A stretch of 64,000 nucleotides of DNA from Leptothrix sp. (in: b-proteobacteria) (GCA_013822685.1 PNKV01000013.1:13095-77094), one strand, 5' to 3'. Counted from the first letter of the stretch, positions 48,601-55,854 are shown. Numbers and translations are program-made. The notes: generated by a model from the letters alone, not told the origin.

Positions 48601-48793
48601 GCGAAGGCAACTTGGGGTCGCCAAAACGCACCATCGATTCCGTGAACGTGGCCCGCGCCTGCCGCACCTTGGCCACCTCGCCCTGCGGCGAAAAGGTCTG
48701 CACCGTGGCTGCGGACAACACCCCCGTGGTCAAGGCCAACGCCGTCCAGGCCAGTGCCTTGGGCATGCTGCGGCGAAACCAATGTTGACTCAT
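42686..48793 (-). CDS. Bacterial alpha-2-macroglobulin (2035 aa)
   Basis: MG domains, F.VEEFRLP, RELFDTLLLWNP, CLEQ thioester motif, YAPE C-terminus; RBS GAGGA. Confidence 0.93.
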   Translation of the reverse strand: MSQHWFRRSMPKALAWTALALTTGVLSAATVQTFSPQGEVAKVRQARATFTESMVRFGDPKLPSPFDLACANSTPPAGSGRWVDDKTWVHDFTQDVPAGTKCSFKLKAGLKTLAGDAVQGPAAYDFSTGGPTIVRAYPVAGEGSRIEEEQVFALLLTGAATAASIERHGRCEVAGLGEQLPLKVVTGAVRDAIIKAVDLLPQQARVVTVQCARPLPNDARVQVIWARGIATPSGVPNSNDRTLDYTVRPPFSASFTCERTSSRADCLPIRPMRIEFSSPVPRKLAERIVLISPDGQRKPEVELQRGETKEQLLSVVRNGIRQFFYLFSRKKGEVGTDPSDSGVSAVEFKGPFPESADIRIELPADLRDDASRVLSNASAFPLKTRTAEAPALAKFPAATFGILELNAEPMLPLTVRRIEGDLKVKGLATPGSAVRDLKLADDQSIIAWLAKVKRYNEGRLPRDEVQSELGIKLPPPPKKAKPARPAKRYGEAVPEDEQDDNEDRPDVVQTRTLSLLNREAGAKKLSLPSSDAKLDARPFEVIGIPMNQPGFHVVEVESAKLGQALLDRNAPMFVRTSVLVTNLGVHFKTSTNNSLVWVTTLDKGKPVEAAQVQISDCQGQVVWSGRTNKLGLAMVKKELPRLTWEYCQSGASRNENETGYFVSARKTDAQGRADMAFVWSTWNQGIEPWRFHVNTSWTDVPSSTIYHSVLDRTLVRAGQTVSMQHHARLEKLTGLGLVDPRELPPTLTIVHEGTGQEFSQALSWRGRHAESSFAIPEDAKLGVYNIQLVSDDQRVNTGSFRVEEFRLPVMTGRIIPPKTALIQPKDVSLGLQINYGNGGGAAGLPVRVSAQWRDANLESALRTERYPGFRFNPPREPRDPNAKSFFSEDYVDEGDEESSVYTREERAKLVADKLPVTLDKNGAGNVLLPKLPATKVPREMLVQATYADPNGEVQTLSQTVPVWPAGLVMGVRTEEWVSVKQKVATQVVVLDTAGQPKAGVNVSVRAVAHRTNSTRKRLVGGFYAYDNQNADEDLGQVCSGTSDARGLVLCEGTLKSAGEVELIAQANDAAGNTARSAASVWVTRQGELWFGGENQDRMDVIPEQRSYEPGQTAKFQVRSPFRHATALVAIERNGIIETRTVELNGKDPTISLEVKAEWGPNVFVSVLAVRGRVHEVPWYSFFTWGWRSPTEWWKAFNDDGRDYQAPTAMVDLSKPAFKYGIAEIEVGTAGHRLKVDVQPDKARYPIRAISQVRVKVSLPNGQPVPAGTEVALAAVDEALLELSPNDSWDLLGAMVRQRGYGVDTATAQMKIIGKRHFGKKAAPPGGGGGQFPTRELFDTLLLWNPRVVLDAKGEAVVKVPLNDSLTSFRIVVIADAVQSANAGLFGTGRASIAATQDLQIMSGVPPLVREGDRYRAMFTLRNTTAQAMEASFTAQVGTETMPAQRIRIEPNAAAEAGWDVTVPFNVKQQEWTVSAESGAVRDRMKVVQKVAEAVPVTVQQATLVQLDKGSISIPIGMPATALADAQGVPRGGIEVAFKPKLSDGLPGVRDFFERYLWDCLEQRASIAIGLRDVEAWRSLASRIPLYLDDDGLAHYFPPSASSGRTGSDSLTAYLLAISDEASKLGYDFSLPDDTRLRMERGLAAFVEGRIKRDFWVPAFLKNGDLDVRKLAAIEALSRTGKAQARMLDSVQILPNQWPTSAVIDWLSVLDRVKEIPERDKRMTEAEQILRARLNVQGTRLGFSTERDDSWWWLMANGDVNSVRMILTTLPKAAWKDDLPRLVTGTLQRQQRGRWSTTVSNAWGSVAIEAFSKRFERDPVTGTSKVGFEPGPAPQSFSWGQSPDGGKVALGWPKPVAGSASGPSGSNVKVTHEGTGKPWLTFTSKAAIRLTTPFSSGYRITKTVTPVEQKVKGQYSRGDVLRVHLEIDAQADMTWVVVNDPIPGGATLLGTGLGRDDAMSTTDERQDSRGWLAFQERSFEAFRSYYRYLPKGPLVLEYTVRLNNPGTFGLPQTRVEAMYAPEMFGEFPNAPVAVGP

Positions 48794-48832
48794 GGGGGCG
48801 TCCTCTGCTGTGTTGTCGTGGCAGGCACGATA

Positions 48833-49771
48833 TCAGCCTTCGGACCAGGCCAGCGGCCACCCTCCTTCATGCAGGCGGCCTTGTGTGACCCGGATGCGCC
48901 AAAGGCGCAGCGCACCGGCATGCTCGGCTTGCTCCGGGCTGTCATGCTCAACCTGCGCCAAACCCTGCAGCCACAACAAGGCGCCACTGGCAAAGTCAAT
49001 GAACAGCAAGCCGACCCTGGGGTTGCTCACGATGTTGCCCAGCGTGTTGAACATCAAGTTCCCAGTGTAATCGGGCACCGTCAGCACCGTGCCATCCGTG
49101 GCCCCTCGCAACTTCACGAAACCAGACAGGCCACCTCGGTGTGAAACATCCACCCCTTCGCTTCGGGGCACATCACCGCCTTGTGCATGGGCCGACGCCG
49201 AGGCCACGAAAAACGTGTCGGCTTGCTCGATGATGGCCCGCGCCTTGGCCGACAGGTGCGCATCCTCGTCCAGCACCTGCCCCACGCCGCCCGCCCCTTC
49301 GGGCTGCCAAACCGCTTCCCGAGGCTGGATGTACTTGGGGCAGTTTCCAAAACTTTGCCGCACCGCCACCGAGGCGCCCCCCTCGTCCACCGCCGTCAAC
49401 ACGCCATTCATGCGATTGCGCCGGCGCGTGTGTGGCTGGATGCCCAGCAAGCCCACCTGCGCACCGGCTTGCCAGCTGCCAGCCAGTGGGTCTTCGGCCA
49501 ACAAGCCGCCCCGCAAGTGCAACACCTGGGGATCGGGCGAAACCATGAACCCTGGCGGCCCGGCCATCATCGAAGCCCAAGGCCAGCCTTGCTCATCCAA
49601 GGCCCCCACGATGAGGAAGGGCAAGGTGGCAAAGAAGTCGCGGTGCTGTTGGGGCATGTGGTCACGGATGAACTGGCGCCCCCTGGACTCCATCACCTCG
49701 CGCACGCCGGCCAGGGTTTGCATGTGCTGCTCGCCAGCATGGAAGGGCGAGTCGGCCTCGGCCGCGTTCAT
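48833..49771 (-). CDS. Pyridoxamine 5'-phosphate oxidase-like FMN-binding protein (two-domain)
   Basis: SPFHAGE, RNRMNG, FGNCPKYIQ, DVSHRGG..GF, PDY.GN..FNTLGN, GLLFIDF. Confidence 0.88.
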   Translation of the reverse strand: MNAAEADSPFHAGEQHMQTLAGVREVMESRGRQFIRDHMPQQHRDFFATLPFLIVGALDEQGWPWASMMAGPPGFMVSPDPQVLHLRGGLLAEDPLAGSWQAGAQVGLLGIQPHTRRRNRMNGVLTAVDEGGASVAVRQSFGNCPKYIQPREAVWQPEGAGGVGQVLDEDAHLSAKARAIIEQADTFFVASASAHAQGGDVPRSEGVDVSHRGGLSGFVKLRGATDGTVLTVPDYTGNLMFNTLGNIVSNPRVGLLFIDFASGALLWLQGLAQVEHDSPEQAEHAGALRLWRIRVTQGRLHEGGWPLAWSEG

Positions 49772-50394
49772 GCTGCAGGCTTGCCAAAGGGCTGGGTGGA
49801 TGGCATGGGCGCAAAGCCTGGCAAGGCCTCCACCTCGGCCAACCACCGTTGCACATGAGGATAGTCTTCCAGCGCAATGCCACCTTCGGGCACGCGGGCG
49901 GTGTAGCTGTACAGGGCCACATCGGCCACCGTCGGGTGCTGCTCGGAGGCCAAAAAGCGTTGGCCGCCCAAGTGCTGGTCCATCACCAGCAGCAACTGCC
50001 TGGTGGTGTCCAGCACGGCCTTGTCCGGGGTGCCGCCCATCAGCGTGGTCCAACGCGCCTTGGCCGCACCATTGGCCAAAGGGCCCGCGGCCGCGCTCAG
50101 CCACCGCTGAACCTCGGCGATCTGCGCTGGCGCCTCGGGCCACCATTGCCGCTGGGGGTCGTACTTCAAGGCCAGGTAGGTAATGATCGCGTTGCTGTCG
50201 GCCAAGGTCAGCGGGCCGTCTTCCAGCACGGGCACCTGGCCAAAAGGATTCTTGCTCAAGAAGGCCGCGCTTTTGTGTTCGCCCCCACGCAGATCGACAG
50301 GCACCTCCTCGAACGGCAAACCCAGCAAGGACAGAAACAAGCGCACGCGGTGGGCGTGGCCCGAGAGGGCGAAATCATGCAGGCGGATGGACAT
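49768..50394 (-). CDS. Glutathione S-transferase family protein
   Basis: LSGHAHRV, NPFGQVPVL, LADSNAI, PTVAD. Confidence 0.93.
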   Translation of the reverse strand: MSIRLHDFALSGHAHRVRLFLSLLGLPFEEVPVDLRGGEHKSAAFLSKNPFGQVPVLEDGPLTLADSNAIITYLALKYDPQRQWWPEAPAQIAEVQRWLSAAAGPLANGAAKARWTTLMGGTPDKAVLDTTRQLLLVMDQHLGGQRFLASEQHPTVADVALYSYTARVPEGGIALEDYPHVQRWLAEVEALPGFAPMPSTQPFGKPAA

Positions 50395-50476
50395 GTGAGG
50401 GCTCCTTGTTTGAACAGTGCCTTCAGCTTATGAGCAGGGGCCTGCAATGTGAATCCGCGCGGCAGACAAGTCATCA

Positions 50477-50491
50477 TTGCAAATTGCGCAA
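50477..50491. promoter_or_regulatory. Putative LysR-type binding site
   Basis: TTGC-N7-GCAA (T-N11-A) in the divergent GST/LysR gap. Confidence 0.55.
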
Positions 50492-50500
50492 CAATGGGCC

Positions 50501-51442
50501 ATGGACCAGCTTGATTCAATGCGCGTATTCGTGGCCGTGGCCGATGCCCAAAGCTTCGCAGGCGCCGCCCGTTCGCTCAAATGCTCGCCAGCCGCCGTGA
50601 CCCGAGCGGTGGCCGCGTTGGAGCAGCACCTGGGCGCACGTTTGCTGCACAGAACCACCCGCAGCCTGCGCCTGAGCGAAGCCGGTGAGCGCTACGTGGC
50701 CGATTGCCGCCGCATCCTCGCCGAGCTGGACGAAGCCGACGCCGTGGCCAGCGGCGCCCACGTCGATCCGCAGGGCGAGCTCAAGATTACCGCGCCGGTG
50801 CTGTTTGGCCGCATCCACATGGCCCCCTTGCTGCTTGATTTTCTGAAAGAGCACCCGCGTCTGAGCGCCCGCGCCATGTTCGTGGACCGCCTGGTGCATC
50901 TGATTGACGAAGGCGTGGACGTGGCCCTGCGCATCGCGCATCTGCCAGATTCATCCCTCACCGCCCTGAAGGTCGGCACCGTGCGCCGCGTGATCGTGGC
51001 TTCGCCCCACTACCTTGCGCGCCAAGGCGAGCCCCTGTCGCCCGACGACCTGGCGCAGCACGATGCGATCGGCATCTCCACCTCAGGCGGCTCATCCACG
51101 CCTTGGCAGTTCGCACGACCGGGCGCGGCCCACCGCGATCTCCACCCGGCGCCCGCCCCCCGCGTGCAGTTGACGGTCAACGCCAGCGAGGTGGCCATCC
51201 TGGCGGCCAAGTCGGGTCATGGCCTGATACGGACCCTGTCTTACCAGGTGGCTGAAGATGTGGCCCGTGGACACCTGCGCATCGTGCTCGCCGATTTTGA
51301 ACCAACGCCCGTGCCTGTGCACCTGGTGCATCCCGAAGGCAGGCACGCCGCCGCCAAGGTCCGAGCCTTCCTGGACTTTGCGGCGGCAAGGCTACGCGCC
51401 CACCCTGCTCTCAACGATGTTGATCCACCACGGGCACAGTGA
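50501..51442 (+). CDS. LysR family regulator
   Basis: SFAGAAR.L..SPAAVTR.V..LE..LG.RLL.RTTR HTH. Confidence 0.95.
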   Translation: MDQLDSMRVFVAVADAQSFAGAARSLKCSPAAVTRAVAALEQHLGARLLHRTTRSLRLSEAGERYVADCRRILAELDEADAVASGAHVDPQGELKITAPVLFGRIHMAPLLLDFLKEHPRLSARAMFVDRLVHLIDEGVDVALRIAHLPDSSLTALKVGTVRRVIVASPHYLARQGEPLSPDDLAQHDAIGISTSGGSSTPWQFARPGAAHRDLHPAPAPRVQLTVNASEVAILAAKSGHGLIRTLSYQVAEDVARGHLRIVLADFEPTPVPVHLVHPEGRHAAAKVRAFLDFAAARLRAHPALNDVDPPRAQ

Positions 51443-51447
51443 TTGCA
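51431..51447 (+). promoter_or_regulatory. Putative sigma54 promoter for the 83-aa ORF
   Basis: CGGGCACAGTGATTGCA, GG 51433-34 and GC 51445-46, overlapping the LysR gene end. Confidence 0.65.
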
Positions 51448-51498
51448 GCTGAAGCTTCAGCTGGCCATTCCGGCCATGCCCTCAGCAGGAGACTTGCC

Positions 51499-51750
51499 AT
51501 GGCAACGACAGTGCCCGACTCAGCAACGCCCGAGATCCAGACCATCTATCGCCAGCTTGAAAAGGGCCTTGGCCACGAACTGGTCAACGACGACAACGTC
51601 TTCGCCCTGATTGACCTGGCCAAGCAACATGGCCACCAATTGCTGGAACGTGAGCTGCGTGAATGGCAAGCCCCCTGCTCCACACCCGACGACCGCCCGC
51701 GCACCATCGCGCCCACTGGCGGCTTCAACAAGGAACACGTCAGGCACTGA
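51499..51750 (+). CDS. Hypothetical protein, 83 aa
   Basis: RBS AGGAGA, GC-skewed codon usage, soluble helical-looking sequence; family not recognised. Confidence 0.75.
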   Translation: MATTVPDSATPEIQTIYRQLEKGLGHELVNDDNVFALIDLAKQHGHQLLERELREWQAPCSTPDDRPRTIAPTGGFNKEHVRH

Positions 51751-52534
51751 ACCCGGTGATGCCGGCATAGGCCACCTTGACCTCTTCAACCCCGTGCGTG
51801 CGCTCCAGTCGCCGCACGATGAAGTGGCCGCGGGCCATGCGCTGGAAGTGCTCCATGAACAAGGTGTTGATCACTGCCCCGCCCACCGCGCCCACAATGG
51901 GCACGGCCTGGGCCATCACCTTTTCAGACACGTTCACCGAAAAGCGCGAAGCAACCTGCGCGATGAACTGCACCAAGGCGGTTCCCTTGCGCTGAACCAG
52001 CCCCTTTTGCGCCACTTGCCGTGCGGCCTCCGACACGGCCTGGGCCATGGCCGCACGGGCCGCAAAGTAGCCAGCCTCGGACGCGTCGTCCTGGCTCGAA
52101 CGGCCACCCAGCGCCAGCACCTGCACGCATTCCAGCTGTGATTCTGGCGAGCTCAGATCCTCGCCCTCGCTGCGCGCCACATCGGCAATCGAGCGCAGCA
52201 TGATCGTCGTCGACACCGGCAATTCGATCAGCAAGGTGGACAAGCCAAAAGCGCCGCCCAAAGCGCCCGACGCCCCCACCGCCAGCTTGTGCCATCCGTT
52301 GGACGAATGGCTGGCGGGCAAGCTGTTCATGGTGCTCAGGGCCACGTCCATGGCCTTGGCAATGGCCTTGCTGGCCGCCTCGTTGATCACTGAAGCCCAT
52401 TTCTTGGGCAGCATGCCGTAACCCTTTTCCAGGGGCGTGCCCAGCACATCGCTGATCCTGGCCACCAGGCCGGGGTTTTCAAGCAAGGCCTTCGCTTGGC
52501 GCAGATCGCCCAAGTCGGCTGAAGAAAGTGGCAT
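51740..52534 (-). CDS. EcsC family protein
   Basis: LIELPVSTTIMLRSIA..A..EG, VPIVGAVGGA..N..F...FQ..A.GHF..RRLER; RBS AAGGA. Confidence 0.88.
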   Translation of the reverse strand: MPLSSADLGDLRQAKALLENPGLVARISDVLGTPLEKGYGMLPKKWASVINEAASKAIAKAMDVALSTMNSLPASHSSNGWHKLAVGASGALGGAFGLSTLLIELPVSTTIMLRSIADVARSEGEDLSSPESQLECVQVLALGGRSSQDDASEAGYFAARAAMAQAVSEAARQVAQKGLVQRKGTALVQFIAQVASRFSVNVSEKVMAQAVPIVGAVGGAVINTLFMEHFQRMARGHFIVRRLERTHGVEEVKVAYAGITGFSA

Positions 52535-52563
52535 GGTCAGATCCTTTGGTTGCATGCTTGGCT

Positions 52564-52580
52564 AGCAAATGATGCGCCCG
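52564..52580 (-). promoter_or_regulatory. Putative sigma54 promoter for ecsC
   Basis: Minus strand CGGGCGCATCATTTGCT, GG 52578-77 and GC 52566-65. Confidence 0.6.
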
Positions 52581-52656
52581 CAAACACTCACTGCGCCACC
52601 AAATCAACAAAACCCTGTCTGGCTTGCAATTTCGCGGCAAAGGTATCCTGTGCACC

Positions 52657-53022
52657 ATGCATCACGCGCGCGTTCTCAGTTTTCTTCGCCGCCTTTTCAT
52701 GGTGGCCGCCCTCGCGGTCGGGCACTGCACGCCCGCCATGGCCGAGTCGCTGCGCTGCAACGGCAACATCGCCTCCGAGGGCGATTCCCGCATGTCTGTT
52801 CTGTACAAGTGCGGCCAACCGGTGCTGGCCGACAGCTTTTGCGCCCCGGTGTACTACGCCCCCACGTTGATGCCCGTGCCCCAACCGTTTGCCAGCGTGG
52901 TGATCCCTTGCCAACAGGTGGAGGAATGGCTCTATGACCGCGGCGAGGGCAACCTGATGGCCACGGTGCGCTTCAGGGCCGGCGTGGTGCAGACCATCAG
53001 CTACGGCCGAAGCCCACGTTAA
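52657..53022 (+). CDS. DUF2845-like secreted small protein
   Basis: Signal peptide, SLRC.G.I.SEGD....V..KCG.P, VEEW.Y..G; TATCCT-N7-ATG upstream. Confidence 0.8.
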   Translation: MHHARVLSFLRRLFMVAALAVGHCTPAMAESLRCNGNIASEGDSRMSVLYKCGQPVLADSFCAPVYYAPTLMPVPQPFASVVIPCQQVEEWLYDRGEGNLMATVRFRAGVVQTISYGRSPR

Positions 53023-54532
53023 GCCTCACCGCCAAGCGGTGAAAGTTGCTGCGGTCCATGCCCGCCTCGCGTGCAGCCGCCGCCATGGCACCTCCATGCT
53101 TGGCCAAGGCCGCCTCAATCCACTGCCGTTGAAAGGCATCGGTGGCGGCGCGCAGCCCTTCGCCATCCAGCACCACAACTGGCGGTGCCTCATGCCCTGG
53201 TGCTTTCAGCGCAAGCTCGGCCTGGGCCTCTTCACCCAGGTTGAGGTGAACCGGGTCAATGGCCACCCACCTTGCAGACCGCCCTTGCTCGGACAGGGCA
53301 CGCAGCGCGGCGCGGTTGATCAGGTGCTCCAGCTCGCGAACATTGCCCGGCCAGTCATAAGCCAGCAAGGCAGTTTTGGCTTGGGGTGACAAACGCAGAT
53401 TGCGTGCCCCCAGGCGGTGCTGATTTTCTTCCAGAAACCCGCCTGCCAGGCTCAGCACATCACGGCCGCGCTCTCGCAGGGGCGGCACATGCAGCGGATA
53501 CACCGACAAGCGGTGGTACAGGTCGGCGCGAAAACGCCCTTGCGCCACCTCTTGCTTCAGATCGCGGTTGGTCGCGGCCACCACCCTCACGTCCACCCGC
53601 AACGCCTTGTCGCTGCCCGGCCGCTGCAGCTCGCCGCTTTGTAGCACCCGCAGCAACTTGGCCTGCACCGCCGGTGACAGCTCGCCCACCTCGTCCAGGA
53701 ACAAGGTGCCACCATCGGCCAGCTCGAACTTGCCGACCCGGTCCTGAACCGCCCCGGTGAACGCGCCTCGCTTGTGACCGAACAGCTCGCTGTCGGCCAG
53801 GGTGTCGGGCAAGGCAGCGCAGTTGAGCTGGATGAGTGGCCGATCGTGCCGGGCGGATTGCGCGTGCAGTTGCTGGGCCACCAATTCCTTGCCAACGCCG
53901 GTTTCGCCCAGGATCAGCACCGTCAGGTCCGAAGACGCCACAATGTTGATCTCGCTCAGCAATTGCTGCAGCGGCGCACTGTGCCCCAACAAGCGCCGCG
54001 GCTGCTGGCCCGTTTGCAGCAAGGCCCGCGACACGGCCTGCTCACGCTCGGCGCGCTCGGCTAGCGCGCCAATGGTGTCCTGCTTTTCTATGCCGTCTTC
54101 CAGCAAGGCCGTCAACGCCCGCAATTGGTCGGGCGACACATCGGCCAAGCCGCCGGGCGTCAAGGCATCAAGGGTGACCAAACCCCACAAGCGCTCGCCC
54201 ACCATCAACGGTGCGCCCATGCAGTCATGCACCGGCAGGATGTGCGGGTGCCCCGCCACCAAGCCATCGTAGGGATCGGGCAGAGTGCAATCAGGGGGAA
54301 ATCGCAAGCCCTGGCCGCTGGACAACAACTGCGCCAGCCGAGGGTGTTGAGACACGGCAAACCGCCGGCCCAGCGTGTCTTCGCTCAAGCCATCGATGGC
54401 CATGGGCACCAGCACATCGCCCTCCAGCCGCAACAGGGCCGCCGCATCGCACTTCACCAGCGCCCGCGCGGAGGAGAGAAGCCGCTGGCAGGGCGTCAAC
54501 GCGCCATCTTTGGTCAATTCGACAACATTCAT
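52997..54532 (-). CDS. norR: NO-responsive sigma54 activator NorR (GAF-AAA-HTH)
   Basis: HPRL, PDPYDGL, HDCMG, TLD Fe-ligand motifs; GETGVGKE, GAFTGA, RFRADLYHRL. Confidence 0.95.
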   Translation of the reverse strand: MNVVELTKDGALTPCQRLLSSARALVKCDAAALLRLEGDVLVPMAIDGLSEDTLGRRFAVSQHPRLAQLLSSGQGLRFPPDCTLPDPYDGLVAGHPHILPVHDCMGAPLMVGERLWGLVTLDALTPGGLADVSPDQLRALTALLEDGIEKQDTIGALAERAEREQAVSRALLQTGQQPRRLLGHSAPLQQLLSEINIVASSDLTVLILGETGVGKELVAQQLHAQSARHDRPLIQLNCAALPDTLADSELFGHKRGAFTGAVQDRVGKFELADGGTLFLDEVGELSPAVQAKLLRVLQSGELQRPGSDKALRVDVRVVAATNRDLKQEVAQGRFRADLYHRLSVYPLHVPPLRERGRDVLSLAGGFLEENQHRLGARNLRLSPQAKTALLAYDWPGNVRELEHLINRAALRALSEQGRSARWVAIDPVHLNLGEEAQAELALKAPGHEAPPVVVLDGEGLRAATDAFQRQWIEAALAKHGGAMAAAAREAGMDRSNFHRLAVRLNVGFGRS

Positions 54533-54569
54533 GTCATTAAGACAACAATTGCATTGCAGTCATTTTAAC
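54513..54569. promoter_or_regulatory. Three NorR enhancer sites (GT-N7-AC)
   Basis: GTCAATTCGAC 54513-23, GTCATTAAGAC 54533-43, GTCATTTTAAC 54559-69. Confidence 0.8.
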
Positions 54570-54619
54570 AACACGCTTGCCAGTGTGTGATAAATCAAGC
54601 ACTTGCAAGCGCCCTGGAT

Positions 54620-54636
54620 TTGGCACGGAATTTGGA
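54620..54636 (+). promoter_or_regulatory. sigma54 promoter of hmp with variant -12
   Basis: TTGGCACGGAATTTGGA, perfect -24 but GG instead of GC at -12. Confidence 0.65.
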
Positions 54637-54678
54637 TTGAATACGGCAAACGTTCAAACCACCTCCAGGAGCCCAAGC

Positions 54679-55854
54679 ATGTTTTCCGCCCAGACCATCG
54701 CCCTCATCAAGGCCACCGTGCCCGTGCTCCAACAGCACGGCGAAGCCATCACCACGCACTTCTACCAATTGATGCTGCGCGAGCACCCGGAGCTCAAGGC
54801 CTTCTTCAACGAAGCCCACCAGGCACAAGGCACCCAGGCTCGGGCCCTGGCGGGCGCCGTGCTGGCCTACGCTGCCAACATCGACCGCCTGGAAGCCTTG
54901 GCAGGCGCCCTGCCCCGCATCATTCAGAAGCACGTGTCTTTGGGCGTTGAGCCTCAGCACTACCCCATCGTGGGCCAATGCCTGCTGCGCGCCATCAAGG
55001 AGGTGTTGGGCGATGCCGCCACCGACGACATCATCGCCGCCTGGGGTGAGGCCTACACGGCCCTGGCCGACTTGCTGATTGATGCCGAAGAACAGGTTTA
55101 CCAGGCCAATGCCGCCAAGCTGGGCGGATGGCGTGGCACCCGCGCCTTCAAGGTGGCGCGCAAGGAAGCCGAAAGCGAGCTGATCACCTCCTTCTACCTG
55201 GAGCCCAGCGATGGCGGCGCCCTGCCGGCCTTCCAGCCCGGCCAGTACCTGACCTTGGTGCTCAAGGTCCATGGGCAGGAGCTGCGCCGCAACTATTCCT
55301 TGTCAGACGCGCCCGGCAAGCCCTGGCTGCGCATCAGCGTCAAACGCGAAGCGGGTGGGCTGGCCTCCAACTGGTTGCATGACGAGGTCCAACTTGGGCA
55401 TGAACTGCAGGTGCAGGCGCCCAGCGGCGACTTTGTGCTGGACGAAGCCACCCGGCCCTTGGTGCTGGTCACGGGCGGCGTGGGCATCACACCGGCCATG
55501 AGCATGCTCGAAGCGCATGCCGGTTCAGGCCGCCCCATCCACTTCATCCACGCTGCGCGGCATGGTGGTGTGCACGCCTTCCGTGCACGGGTGGATGAGC
55601 TGGCCGCGCAGCATCCGAACGTGCACGCCACGTACGTCTACGAAGAGCCGCGTGGCACTGAAGTGCCCCACACCATCGGCCGGGTCAGCCAAGATCTGCT
55701 CAGCCGGCATTTGCCGGAAGACCGTGACGTCGATGTCTACTTCATCGGCCCCAAGCCCTTCATGCAGGCCATCTACCAATTTGGCAAAGACCTGGGCGTG
55801 CAGGCCAATCGGCTGCGCTTCGAGTTCTTCGGGCCCACCGAAGCCCTGGCATGA
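54679..55854 (+). CDS. hmp: Flavohemoglobin (NO dioxygenase)
   Basis: Globin (KATVPVL, HYPIVG), FAD domain (PGQYL, RNYSLS), NAD domain (GGVGITP); RBS AGGAG. Confidence 0.97.
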   Translation: MFSAQTIALIKATVPVLQQHGEAITTHFYQLMLREHPELKAFFNEAHQAQGTQARALAGAVLAYAANIDRLEALAGALPRIIQKHVSLGVEPQHYPIVGQCLLRAIKEVLGDAATDDIIAAWGEAYTALADLLIDAEEQVYQANAAKLGGWRGTRAFKVARKEAESELITSFYLEPSDGGALPAFQPGQYLTLVLKVHGQELRRNYSLSDAPGKPWLRISVKREAGGLASNWLHDEVQLGHELQVQAPSGDFVLDEATRPLVLVTGGVGITPAMSMLEAHAGSGRPIHFIHAARHGGVHAFRARVDELAAQHPNVHATYVYEEPRGTEVPHTIGRVSQDLLSRHLPEDRDVDVYFIGPKPFMQAIYQFGKDLGVQANRLRFEFFGPTEALA

